Origin: an uncultured Clostridium sp.
GTDB lineage: Bacteria; Bacillota; Clostridia; TANB77; CAG-508
Assembly: GCA_930980855.1 (NCBI GenBank)
Contig: CAKNIZ010000005.1
Span: forward strand, 4,713 to 68,712
Direction of reading: 5' to 3'
Length of the DNA stretch: 64,000 nt
In this document: positions 28,400-37,593 of the stretch, in pieces
How positions within the stretch are numbered: position 1 is the first letter of the stretch
How the letters are laid out: each line of letters opens with the position of its first letter
Position numbers and translations under genes: made by a program
The notes under the pieces: generated by a model
What the model saw: only the letters and a program-made list of their open reading frames with translations
Databases searched by the model: none
What the model was told of the DNA's origin: nothing

Positions 28400-29698
28400 T
28401 TACAAATATAAAGTGGGCCTGCATGCAATGACGTTGTCGCTGTAACTCGTACTGTCGTCAGTGCGACCACTCGTGTAACTGTAGCTACTACGGTAGTTGC
28501 CTCCCCTGTTAACACAAGGAACGCCAGTGTAAGAGTAAGTCTCGGTTGTCCATTCATACGTATTTCCAGACATATCATATATATTACATCTCACATCTTT
28601 TGCTTCATCCCCACTGTCAACATTTGCTAATATACTTTCTCCTGCTTTCTGTAAAGACCTTTCTGTATTTTTTCCAATCTGTCTTGAATAATTTTTATCT
28701 CCACTACATTCTTGGATAAATACTATTGCTGTATCCCATGCATAACTATTTATTAAATCACTTGTAAAATTTGTACCACTATACATATTTTGGCATAAAC
28801 TTGCTGCTTGTAGTTGTGTTATATAATTATATGGATATACTCCTGTTTTACACACTATTGGATTCGTATCACTTGTACTAGAACCTCTTGCAGAACTTGT
28901 GGCTAGAGCATCTCCTGCTTCGTAGCGTCCTATATAATAGCCTCCATTTGCATTCGCACTATTTTTAAATGCATTTATGTCTTTCGCTATTGTATTTCCA
29001 TATCCACTTGATGCATGTTCACTCGCTGTTTCTTCTTTAAATGAACTTGAGACTTGGATGACATTTCCTGAGGTATTAAAATCATATCTTCCTAATGTTA
29101 TTGTTTTTTCTCCTTGCGAGGTTTTTATTTTTCCTACTGGTATCCATACAAATTGACTTCCTTTTGTATTAGCATCACCTGCTGATACATCTTCTATTAT
29201 TATTCCTTTTTCTACATTATCTTGTGGATTTACTACTTTGAATCCTGCAGGTATAACTACTTTATTTCCTAGACTGTCTTGAGTTTCTGTATTTTGTGTT
29301 TCGCTTCCAGTTATATCTCCTAATCCTGGGCCTGTTTTCATTGTTCCTGTTATTTTTACTCCATTTACATACGCTGTTTTCCCTTCTAATATATCTTCTG
29401 GTGTAGCTGTAGCATCTGATGTATCTAAACTTTCAAGCGTACCAGTTATTCCTCCAATTGTTACTCCTTTTCTAATGTAACTTGCCATTAGACTTGAATT
29501 TGCATTTCCTCCTGCTAAGTAATTTTCTCCTTCTGTTTCTTGGTTTACTACAACATTTCTTATTACTATACTTCCAATTATTATTCCTATTAAGGCTATT
29601 ACTGCAATTAGTATTATTAGCCTTTTCTTCTTATTGTTTTGTACTTTTCCTTCTTTTTTCATTTTTTCCTCCCTCGTATTTTTTATTTTTTCACACAA
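28400..29698 (-). CDS. DGR target protein: membrane-anchored, with a C-terminal FGE-sulfatase/C-type-lectin-fold variable domain
   Basis: 432 aa. N-terminal KK-rich tail and TM (LIILIAVIALIGIIIGSIVI). GITGT.../DIL.GKTAYVNG.KITGT repeat. C-terminus GNTYEWTTE...CVNRGGNY...ACRP is typical of the CLec fold that holds DGR VRs. Confidence 0.85.
   Translation of the reverse strand: MCEKIKNTREEKMKKEGKVQNNKKKRLIILIAVIALIGIIIGSIVIRNVVVNQETEGENYLAGGNANSSLMASYIRKGVTIGGITGTLESLDTSDATATPEDILEGKTAYVNGVKITGTMKTGPGLGDITGSETQNTETQDSLGNKVVIPAGFKVVNPQDNVEKGIIIEDVSAGDANTKGSQFVWIPVGKIKTSQGEKTITLGRYDFNTSGNVIQVSSSFKEETASEHASSGYGNTIAKDINAFKNSANANGGYYIGRYEAGDALATSSARGSSTSDTNPIVCKTGVYPYNYITQLQAASLCQNMYSGTNFTSDLINSYAWDTAIVFIQECSGDKNYSRQIGKNTERSLQKAGESILANVDSGDEAKDVRCNIYDMSGNTYEWTTETYSYTGVPCVNRGGNYRSSYSYTSGRTDDSTSYSDNVIACRPTLYL
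28412..28547 (-). repeat. DGR variable repeat (VR), last 45 codons of the target gene
   Basis: Matches the TR at 114 of 136 positions. 16 TR AAY codons and one AGA codon are altered. The 3' 19 nt (cattgcatgcaggcccact in coding sense) are invariant and are a candidate IMH. Confidence 0.9.
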
Positions 29699-29749
29699 AA
29701 AAGCTACATATTTTAAACGAATTTTAGGTTCGCCTAAAATACATAGCTT
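29695..29749 (-). promoter_or_regulatory. Terminator-like leader hairpin in the 5' UTR of the DGR target gene
   Basis: Minus RNA: aagcuauguauuuuaggcgaaccuaaaauucguuuaaaauauguagcuu followed by uuuuuug. The mismatches are wobbles only on the minus strand. It lies ~35 nt upstream of the ATG. Confidence 0.55.
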
Positions 29750-29789
29750 CTTCTCTATGTATATTTATGTTTATTTTATTAAATCCTAC

Positions 29790-29840
29790 AATATATATAT
29801 ATATATATACAGCCTCAAGGCTTTCAGCGATTTTCATGTA
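29790..29840 (-). promoter_or_regulatory. Conserved promoter module copy 2: (TA)9 tract plus TTGAGG box
   Basis: Minus strand reads cgctgaaagccTTGAGGctgt(at)9tgtaggattt. It is near-identical to copies at 28139 and 62537. Confidence 0.5.
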
Positions 29841-29967
29841 TAATTTTCACCTTTCTTTTACTAACTTATATTATCTTTATACATTTATTTCTTGCATTTG
29901 TCAATCGCTATATAAATTATTTCTAAAAAATATTTAAATTAGTATATTTTTTTATTTAATACATATA

Positions 29968-29996
29968 TTTACTTAAATAATTTTACATGATATAAT
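29968..29996 (+). promoter_or_regulatory. Sigma-A-type promoter for the CDF transporter gene
   Basis: TTTACT (29968-29973), then a 17-nt spacer ending in TG, then TATAAT (29991-29996): an extended -10. Confidence 0.5.
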
Positions 29997-30039
29997 AGAA
30001 ATTATGCGATATAAATTTAAAATAAGAAAAGGAATAATT

Positions 30040-30927
30040 ATGGATAGATACGGAAAAACAAAATTAGCAGGAATTCTAGGAATTGTAGGTAATATATTTT
30101 TACTAATAATTAAAGCAATTATTGGTTTTATTTCTAATAGCCAGGCAATGATAGCGGATGCTGCAAATAGCGCAGCTGATATTTTTGCTTCACTTATGAC
30201 TTTTATCGGGAGCAAAATTGCTAGTGAGCCTAAAGATGATACTCACAATATGGGACATGGAAAAGCTGAATATATTTTTTCTATGTTTATTAGTATTTCC
30301 ATGATATTTATTGCTTTTACTCTTCTTTATGATTCTGTAATGTCTTTAGTTAATAAGAGTACCTTTGAATTTTCATGGTTTTTAGTAGTAGTTTGTATTA
30401 TAACTATAGTTGTAAAACTTAGCTTGTTTATATATACTTCTAAATTAGCTAAAGGAATGGATAATTTATTATTAGAAGCAAATAAGAAAGATCATAGAAA
30501 TGACTGTATTATCACTACTTTTACTTTAATTTCAGTACTATTAAGTTTAATAAATATATATTGGTTTGACGGTGTAGTTGGTATTGGAATTTCTATTTGG
30601 ATTTTCTTTACTGGTTTTAAGATTTTTGTAGAGAGTTTCAATGTTTTAATGGATAAATCATTAAATGAAAAAGATAAAGAACAAATTATTAAAGTATTAG
30701 AAAAATATCCTGAAATAAAGAAATATAATCATTTAAATACATCACCTGTTGGATATAAATATTTAATATCAATTACAATATTTGTAGATGGCAGTCTTTC
30801 AACTTTTGAAAGCCATGAAATAGCTGATAAGCTAGAAGATGAATTGGATAAATTGGATTTTGTATATTTAGCAATAATTCATGTTAATCCTTTAAATATT
30901 GAAGAAAAAAATACTGACCAAAATTAA
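30040..30927 (+). CDS. Cation diffusion facilitator (CDF) family metal efflux transporter
   Basis: Six TM helices. Motifs ADAANSAADIFAS and HRNDCI, plus a C-terminal cytoplasmic domain. The start at 30040 has an aaaagga RBS and is downstream of the predicted promoter. The track start at 30004 would overlap the -10 region. Confidence 0.8.
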   Translation: MDRYGKTKLAGILGIVGNIFLLIIKAIIGFISNSQAMIADAANSAADIFASLMTFIGSKIASEPKDDTHNMGHGKAEYIFSMFISISMIFIAFTLLYDSVMSLVNKSTFEFSWFLVVVCIITIVVKLSLFIYTSKLAKGMDNLLLEANKKDHRNDCIITTFTLISVLLSLINIYWFDGVVGIGISIWIFFTGFKIFVESFNVLMDKSLNEKDKEQIIKVLEKYPEIKKYNHLNTSPVGYKYLISITIFVDGSLSTFESHEIADKLEDELDKLDFVYLAIIHVNPLNIEEKNTDQN

Positions 30928-30942
30928 TTTGGTCAGTATTTT

Positions 30943-32889
30943 TTATAATTCAATATAATTATATTCTTTATTCAAATTATCTAATAATTCTTTTTCTCTA
31001 TTAGTACAAGTAAATAATATTACCTGATTTTCTACATTATCAAAAAAGTCCAAAGCTGCTTTTAATCTTTCATCATCATAATATGCAAATGCTTCATCTA
31101 AAATTATTGGTAATTTTTCATCTGATAATTCATTCATTATAGATAACCTTAGCGACAAGTAAATTTGCTCTTTTGTACCAATACTTAATTTATCTGCTGA
31201 AATATATCTTCCGTCATCTAATTCTACCATTAAATTATCATTAATTATAATATTTTTATATTTCCCATTTGATATTTTTTCTATATTATCTGAAAGTGAT
31301 TTATTAAATTTTGGTGAAACATTCTTTTTCATTTCTGAATAAGATTCTTCTAATAGTTCTTTTGTTATTTCAAATTCTTGTGCTCTATTTTCTAATTCTT
31401 CTAATTTTTCTTTTTCTATTTCTAATGCCTCTTCTATATTTAATAATTTTTCTAATTCTGGTTCGATATTTTCCTTATCTATTTCTAATCTATGTAATCT
31501 CAAATTATATTCATTTATTTCTTTATTATTTTTTTCTATAATAAAATCAATATCTGAATCAAATAAATTATTTATTTCATTTTCTAAATATATATTATTA
31601 TATTCTTTTTTTATTTCTTCTTTACTTAATAATAAATATTCTAATAATTTATTATCTATATTTTTTATTTCTTGTTCTATTTCTTCATTGTTTTTTTCTA
31701 ATATTTCTATTTGCATATCTAAAGTTTTCATTTGATTATTAATTTCATTATTTTCTATATTTAATTTATTTAATTTTTCTTTTTCAATTTTATTTATTTT
31801 TTTATTTTTTAAAATATTAATTATTAAATAAATAAAATAAATTGGAATTAATGAAATTAATATAATATTAATTATTTTATTTTTTATAAAAATAAAATTA
31901 AAAATATTAATTATAATTAAAATTAAAAATATTATAAAATTAATTATTTTATTTTTATTTATTTTTTTATTATTTTTATTTTTTTCTAAATTATTTTCTA
32001 TAGAATTAATTTTATTTAATAAATTATCTTTTTCATTATCTAATTTTTTTATTTTATTTTTATTTTCTTCAAATAAATCTTTTTTTATTTTGTTTTTTTC
32101 TTTTTCAATTTTATTTTTATCTAATATTAATTTTATTTTTTCTAATAATTTTTCTTTTTTATTTTTTAGAGCAATATTTTCTTTTAAATTATTAATTTCG
32201 TTTTCTAAATTAAATCTCTTTTCTTTGAGGTAATTTATTGTCTTTAAGTCATGTTCATACTTTTCTATATTCTGCCTGGTTATATTAATAGGTCTCTCTC
32301 TACTATTACTCGTACCTACTTCATTTAGTAGCATAGTGTTAAGTGTACTCATTACCTTCTTATATGACACATCTTCTGCCCCGCTATCCGCTAGGTTTGC
32401 CACTTTTTGTAGTAGTATTCCCTGTTCTGCACTATCTATATATATCTCCTTCTGCATAGCAAAACATGTTGACATAAATGTTTTTTCATCCACATTTGTC
32501 TGTTCCTCAAAAAACTGTATTCCTGTCTTTTTGTCAATTTTATATTCTTCTGAAATGTCTTCCATTTCTTCGTTATATATCTTTGGATTCTTCTTATTAA
32601 AGTCTCTAAATATTTCAAACGTATTTCCATTATTTAATTCGTATTTTATTTTTCCAGAAAAATCTTCTCCTGTCCAAGGCAAATATTTTTCATAATCTGA
32701 AAAATTTCTTCCATTTTTATTTTTTGAAATTCCATAAAAAATATTTTTTATAAAATTTAATAATGTAGATTTTCCACTTTCATTTTTTCCAAAAATAATA
32801 TTTATTTTTTTAAAATTAATTTCTTTATTTTTTAAATTACCATAAGAATTAATTTTTATATTTTTTATTTTCAAAATTTTTTCCTCCAA
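30943..32889 (-). CDS. YhaN/SbcC-like AAA ATPase with coiled coil interrupted by a two-helix membrane hairpin
   Basis: 648 aa. Walker A GKNESGKST, long K/N/E-rich coiled coils, central hydrophobic FIIFLILIIINIF...ILISLIPIYFIYLIINIL, C-terminal signature LSIGTKEQ and Walker B PIILDEAF. Confidence 0.7.
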   Translation of the reverse strand: MEEKILKIKNIKINSYGNLKNKEINFKKINIIFGKNESGKSTLLNFIKNIFYGISKNKNGRNFSDYEKYLPWTGEDFSGKIKYELNNGNTFEIFRDFNKKNPKIYNEEMEDISEEYKIDKKTGIQFFEEQTNVDEKTFMSTCFAMQKEIYIDSAEQGILLQKVANLADSGAEDVSYKKVMSTLNTMLLNEVGTSNSRERPINITRQNIEKYEHDLKTINYLKEKRFNLENEINNLKENIALKNKKEKLLEKIKLILDKNKIEKEKNKIKKDLFEENKNKIKKLDNEKDNLLNKINSIENNLEKNKNNKKINKNKIINFIIFLILIIINIFNFIFIKNKIINIILISLIPIYFIYLIINILKNKKINKIEKEKLNKLNIENNEINNQMKTLDMQIEILEKNNEEIEQEIKNIDNKLLEYLLLSKEEIKKEYNNIYLENEINNLFDSDIDFIIEKNNKEINEYNLRLHRLEIDKENIEPELEKLLNIEEALEIEKEKLEELENRAQEFEITKELLEESYSEMKKNVSPKFNKSLSDNIEKISNGKYKNIIINDNLMVELDDGRYISADKLSIGTKEQIYLSLRLSIMNELSDEKLPIILDEAFAYYDDERLKAALDFFDNVENQVILFTCTNREKELLDNLNKEYNYIEL

Positions 32890-33063
32890 TTTTTTATTAA
32901 TTAAATTTTTATTAACTATTTTTATTCAATTTATATTTCTCCGTTATTTTTTTATTAATTATTTTTCTATAAACCTTTTATTTCTTTTCTAATTTAATAC
33001 CATTATACTTTTGTTTTTTCTATTAATCTGCGACATTTTTTTATCCTTTTTGACAATTTTTAT

Positions 33064-34110
33064 TTATTTGTTATTTTTCTCTAAAACCTGCATTCCAAGT
33101 TCTAATATTTTCTCGTAAGTATCTTCATTTATTTCTCTATTATTTTTTTTCTCATTTAATTTTTTTATAAATATTCCTTTTAATGTATAATTATTTTCTT
33201 TTATTTCTATTTTTATTTTTGTATTATTTTTTATTTTTATAATATTATTTTTTAATAATTTAATATTTATATTAATTGGAAAATTTCTATAACCAATTAA
33301 ATTAATTTTATATAAATTATTATCATTATTTATTTCATTATTTATTTTTTCAATTAATTCTTCTTCAGAATAAATATCACTAATATTTATTTCTTTTTCT
33401 ATAAATTCTCTATTATCTATTGGAATAAATTTTTTTAATAATTTTTTATTAATTATTTCTCCAACAATCATTCCATGTTTACCTAACTCGTCAAATCCTA
33501 AAGAAATTAAAGAACCTGGATATACAATATTACTGCTATCATCTCTTTTATGAACATGACCTAATGCCACATAATCAAAGCCTTTATTTTTTAATAAATT
33601 AATATTCATTGGATTATATATTGAATCTATTATATCTCCATGTGTTATTAAAATATTTATTTTATTATTATTTTCTATTTTTATATTTTCTAATTGTTTT
33701 TCTCGCATTTCAAAATTATTAAATCCAAAACCATAAATGTCTACTTCATCGTTTTCTATTTTCTCTACATTTTGTGTAAATATTTTTACATTATTATTCC
33801 AATTAAATAATGCATAATATGAATTTTTAATATATGGGTCATGATTTCCCGGTGTAATATATATTTTAGTTTTTGGAATTTCTTTGAATAATTCATTTAC
33901 ATATTTAATTGTACTTTCTCTTATATATTCTTGCTCGTATAAATCTCCACTTATAAATAAATATTCAATTTCATTTTCTTTTATAAAATCTACAACTTTT
34001 TTTAATGCTTTCCTTTGCTCTAGTCTCCTTTGCATTCCTAAATCAGCTCTATCACTTATAGTAGTAAAGGGGCTATCTAAATGTAAGTCCGCAATATGTA
34101 CAAATTTCAT
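33064..34110 (-). CDS. SbcD/YhaO-like metallophosphoesterase (DNA exonuclease family)
   Basis: Motifs FVHIADLHLD, SGDLYE, GNHD, THGD, GHVH. The start at 34110 follows GAGGTG. The track's 29-aa N-terminal extension has no RBS. Confidence 0.75.
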   Translation of the reverse strand: MKFVHIADLHLDSPFTTISDRADLGMQRRLEQRKALKKVVDFIKENEIEYLFISGDLYEQEYIRESTIKYVNELFKEIPKTKIYITPGNHDPYIKNSYYALFNWNNNVKIFTQNVEKIENDEVDIYGFGFNNFEMREKQLENIKIENNNKINILITHGDIIDSIYNPMNINLLKNKGFDYVALGHVHKRDDSSNIVYPGSLISLGFDELGKHGMIVGEIINKKLLKKFIPIDNREFIEKEINISDIYSEEELIEKINNEINNDNNLYKINLIGYRNFPININIKLLKNNIIKIKNNTKIKIEIKENNYTLKGIFIKKLNEKKNNREINEDTYEKILELGMQVLEKNNK

Positions 34111-34199
34111 TTTATTCACCTCACACAATGTTATATCATACAAACAAAAGTTCTGCAATAGATTTAAGCCAAAAAAATATAATTGCGAATTATTCACAA

Positions 34200-35054
34200 T
34201 TATATTTCTTCAATTATTGTTGGCATATATTTTTTTATCACTTCCATTATTTCAATGTTATCTAAATTTTTATAAGCACAATCAAAATATCCTGCTAATT
34301 TATTTGAGCCAATGGTACTAAAAACTAATCCCATTAATTTCTTAGGTGGAAAATACAATAAAACATTTTTATATGTTACCTCATATGAACTTTCTTCATC
34401 TTTATATTTTTCTAAAGCTACTTTTTTTATTTTTTTTAACCACTCTTTTGAATTTTGTATTTTTAAGTCATCTAATACCTTTATAAAAATTTCATCTATA
34501 AAGAATAAATTTTCTATTGCTCTTACATCTAAGCAGAAAATTCCCTCTTGCATTAACGCTGTTTTTATTCTTCCACCTCTTTTATCTCCATCTATAATAG
34601 CATAAAAAATATCACTTTTTTTTCGATATGCTATTAGATTTTTTTCTATTCTACTCCAGCTTCCAAATGGTACAATAATAGCATTTGGATATATTTTAGT
34701 ATAAATTCTATAATCCCAACTGCTTTTCGCACCTTCACATAGTACAATAATTTTCTTATTCGTCTCTAAAAGACATTGTTCTATTATTTCTACACTTTTA
34801 TGATATGATACTTTTGCAGTTTCTCTTGGAATTAATATGCCTCTTAAATCTAATCCTTTGTTTTTTTGAGCCAATTCCTGATTTATTTGTGTTAATTCTT
34901 CTATTTTTTTGTCTTTTTCTTTATTTAGCTTTTCTTTCTTATTTAGTTCTGCTTTTAAACTTTCTACTTCTCTTTTTAATGTCTCTATTTTCATCTCTGG
35001 GTGAAGTATATCTTCCATACTAGCCAAAGGCCTAGTCCTCATTCTTTTAGACAT
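34200..35054 (-). CDS. Coiled-coil protein with a C-terminal Toprim-like (DUF4435/OLD-type) domain
   Basis: 284 aa. N-terminal coiled coil (ETLKREVESLKAELNKKEKLNKEKDKKIEEL). Then KKIIVLCEGAKSSWDYRIY...FYAIIDGDKRG, which matches the Toprim E ... DxD arrangement. The family call is by eye. Confidence 0.45.
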   Translation of the reverse strand: MSKRMRTRPLASMEDILHPEMKIETLKREVESLKAELNKKEKLNKEKDKKIEELTQINQELAQKNKGLDLRGILIPRETAKVSYHKSVEIIEQCLLETNKKIIVLCEGAKSSWDYRIYTKIYPNAIIVPFGSWSRIEKNLIAYRKKSDIFYAIIDGDKRGGRIKTALMQEGIFCLDVRAIENLFFIDEIFIKVLDDLKIQNSKEWLKKIKKVALEKYKDEESSYEVTYKNVLLYFPPKKLMGLVFSTIGSNKLAGYFDCAYKNLDNIEIMEVIKKYMPTIIEEI

Positions 35055-35071
35055 TAATTATATCAACCCCT

Positions 35072-35839
35072 TTATACTCCAACTGTTGAAAATCCTGAAT
35101 CTACATGTATTACTTCTCCTGTTATTGCTGAAGACATATCACTAAATAAAAATGCTGATGTATTTCCTACGTCTTCTATAGTTACGTTTCTATGTAGAGG
35201 TGCTCTTTCTTCCACTACATTTAATATACTACCAAAATCTTTAATTCCCTTTGCAGATAATGTTTTTATTGGTCCTGCTGATATAGCATTTACTCTAATT
35301 CCTTTTCTTCCTAAGTCTTTTGCTAAATATCTGATAGAAGCTTCTAATGCTGCTTTTGCTGCTCCCATCAAATTATATCCTTCAATACTCTTTTCTGCAC
35401 CATAATATGAAAGAGCAATAACGCTTGCATTATCATTTAATAATTCTTTTTGAATAGCATATTTGCAAATAGAAATTAATGAATAACAGCTAATATCCAT
35501 ACTATGTGCAAATCCATCTCTTGAAGTATATATGAAATCATTTCTTAAGTCTTCTGTATTTGCATGTGCTATACTATGTAAAATTCCATCTACTTTTCCA
35601 AAATCCTTTTTTATTTGTTCTAAGCATTGTTCTATGCTTTCATCACTTGAAACATCGCATTTATATCCTTTTGCATTTGGAATTTCTTCTGTTAATTTTT
35701 GCATTTTTTCTGGTTCTTCATTATTATATGTATATATAATCCTAGCCCCATTTTCATATGCTTTTCTTAAAACTCCCCACGCAATACTCCACTTATTTCT
35801 TAATCCCATTATTAAAATAGTTTTATTATTTAAAATCAT
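35072..35839 (-). CDS. fabI: Enoyl-ACP reductase FabI
   Basis: 255-aa SDR. Motifs [33 protein letters not shown]. Confidence 0.85.
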   Translation of the reverse strand: MILNNKTILIMGLRNKWSIAWGVLRKAYENGARIIYTYNNEEPEKMQKLTEEIPNAKGYKCDVSSDESIEQCLEQIKKDFGKVDGILHSIAHANTEDLRNDFIYTSRDGFAHSMDISCYSLISICKYAIQKELLNDNASVIALSYYGAEKSIEGYNLMGAAKAALEASIRYLAKDLGRKGIRVNAISAGPIKTLSAKGIKDFGSILNVVEERAPLHRNVTIEDVGNTSAFLFSDMSSAITGEVIHVDSGFSTVGV

Positions 35840-36617
35840 AATTTTCTCCTTTTCCTATTTTCATATATTTTTGGTATCTTTCTTCTAGCAATTTATCTTT
35901 TTCAGTTTTTAATAGCTTTTCCAAATTTTTCACTATTGATTTTTTAGTATTTTCAAAAATATTATCTTCTTTGATAATTTCATCAATGACACCAAGTTCT
36001 TTTAAATCCTTTGCTGTTATTTTCATTTCTTTCGCTGCTTTTTTATATAAACTTGAATCCTTATATAAGATACTTGCAAATCCCTCTGGTGAAAGAATTG
36101 AATAGATTGAATTTTCAAGCATTAATATTCTATCTCCTACGCCAATGGCAAGAGCTCCTCCACTAGAACCTTCTCCAATAACTACACAAATAATTGGAAC
36201 TTTAAGTGTTGACATTTCTAGTAAGTTTCTAGCAATTGCTTCTCCTTGACCTCTTTCTTCTGCTCCAATTCCCGGATAGGCACCAGGTGTATCAATAAAT
36301 GTAATTATTGGTCTATTAAATTTCTCTGCTTGTTTCATTAATCTAAGTGCTTTTCTATATCCTTCTGGATTAGGCATACCAAAGTTTCTCTCCATATTTT
36401 CCTTTGTGCTTTTTCCTTTTTGTTCTCCTATAACAGTAACAGGCATACCTTGCAGGAAGCCAATTCCACCTATAATAGCTTTATCGTCTCCATAAAGTCT
36501 ATCTCCGTGTAATTCCATAAAATCATCAAATATATTTTCAATATAATCTAAAGCCTTTGGTCTTTGTACTTTTCTTGCTTCTAGTACTCTATCCCATTCA
36601 TCTAATTTATTAGACAT
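35826..36617 (-). CDS. accA: Acetyl-CoA carboxylase carboxyltransferase alpha subunit
   Basis: Start MSNKLDEW at 36617. The track's 31-aa extension is a read-through of the family B repeat. Motifs [10 protein letters not shown] and [10 protein letters not shown]. Confidence 0.9.
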   Translation of the reverse strand: MSNKLDEWDRVLEARKVQRPKALDYIENIFDDFMELHGDRLYGDDKAIIGGIGFLQGMPVTVIGEQKGKSTKENMERNFGMPNPEGYRKALRLMKQAEKFNRPIITFIDTPGAYPGIGAEERGQGEAIARNLLEMSTLKVPIICVVIGEGSSGGALAIGVGDRILMLENSIYSILSPEGFASILYKDSSLYKKAAKEMKITAKDLKELGVIDEIIKEDNIFENTKKSIVKNLEKLLKTEKDKLLEERYQKYMKIGKGENYDFK

Positions 36618-36648
36618 CTCGATATCCTTTCTTATATTTATTATATAT

Positions 36649-36738
36649 AATTGTATATTATAGATTTTGCAGTCACGCGCAGTTTGGAGAAGCTTTAGCT
36701 TCGACAGCAAGTGACAAAAAATCTTATAATATACAATT
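36649..36738. repeat. Family B TIR-bounded hairpin element, copy B1 (inside the acc operon, between accD and accA)
   Basis: aattgtatattatagattttgcagtcacgcgcagtttggagaagctttagcttcgacagcaagtgacaaaaaatcttataatatacaatt. Confidence 0.8.
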
Positions 36739-37579
36739 AATAGTTATGAATTGTAAGTATTTTATATAATTCTTCTCTCATATTTTTTCTTTCTACTATT
36801 CTATCAATAAATCCATGTTCTAGTAAAAATTCAGCTCTTTGAAAACCTTCTGGAAGTTTTTCTTTTATTGTTTGCTCAATAACTCTTGGCCCGGCAAATC
36901 CAATTAATGCACCTGGTTCTGCCAATATAATATCTCCTAAACTTGCAAAACTTGCTGTAACTCCACCTGTTGTAGGATCTGTTAATACGCTAATATACAA
37001 AAGTCCTGCTTTTTCTAATTTTGCAAGAGCTGAAGATGTTTTTGCCATTTGCATTAAAGATATCATACCTTCTTGCATTCTAGCTCCACCAGAAACGCAG
37101 AATATAATTACTGGTAATCTTTTTTCTATTGCTAAATCTACTAAATGAACAATTTTTTCTCCAACAACTTCTCCCATGCTTCCCATAAGAAAATTTCCGT
37201 CCATTACGCCTATTGCCACATCAATATTATTTATTTTTCCAGTACCAATTTTGATTGCTTCTTTTATCTTTGTTTTTTCTTCTAACAAATCTATTTTTTG
37301 TGTATATCCTTCAAATTTAATTGGATTAGTTGTATGTAAGTTTTCATCAATTTCAATAAAAGTATCTTTATCTATTACTTGCTCAATTCTTCTTCTAGCA
37401 GACAATCTAAAATGCTTACCACAATTTGGACATACACTTAAATTGTTTTTTACATCATCTTTATATAGAATTTCCTTACAGTTATCGCATTTAATCCATT
37501 TTCCAACCATCATGTCTGATGCTTTTGAATTAACACTATTTTCTGTAACATTTACTTTTCTTATTTTATCAATAACCAT
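36737..37579 (-). CDS. accD: Acetyl-CoA carboxylase carboxyltransferase beta subunit
   Basis: Zn-ribbon CDNCKEILY...CPNCGKH and CT-beta motifs. The ATG at 37579 has an aaaggga RBS. The alternative ATG at 37594 overlaps the accC stop codon. Confidence 0.88.
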   Translation of the reverse strand: MVIDKIRKVNVTENSVNSKASDMMVGKWIKCDNCKEILYKDDVKNNLSVCPNCGKHFRLSARRRIEQVIDKDTFIEIDENLHTTNPIKFEGYTQKIDLLEEKTKIKEAIKIGTGKINNIDVAIGVMDGNFLMGSMGEVVGEKIVHLVDLAIEKRLPVIIFCVSGGARMQEGMISLMQMAKTSSALAKLEKAGLLYISVLTDPTTGGVTASFASLGDIILAEPGALIGFAGPRVIEQTIKEKLPEGFQRAEFLLEHGFIDRIVERKNMREELYKILTIHNY

Positions 37580-37593
37580 TGTTTTCCCTTTCA

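Noticed and set aside
28354-28578. 74-aa ORF overlapping the VR on the minus strand in another frame
   Set aside because: It lies entirely within or abutting the 3' end of the 432-aa target gene and the GC-rich island. It has no RBS. It is an artefact of the locally higher GC.
31500-32250. Extremely AT-rich, repetitive-looking DNA inside the yhaN-like gene (and 33180-33420 in the yhaO-like gene)
   Set aside because: It translates in frame as K/N/E/I-rich coiled coil and TM segments within an intact ORF. It is coding low-complexity sequence, not a DNA repeat element.
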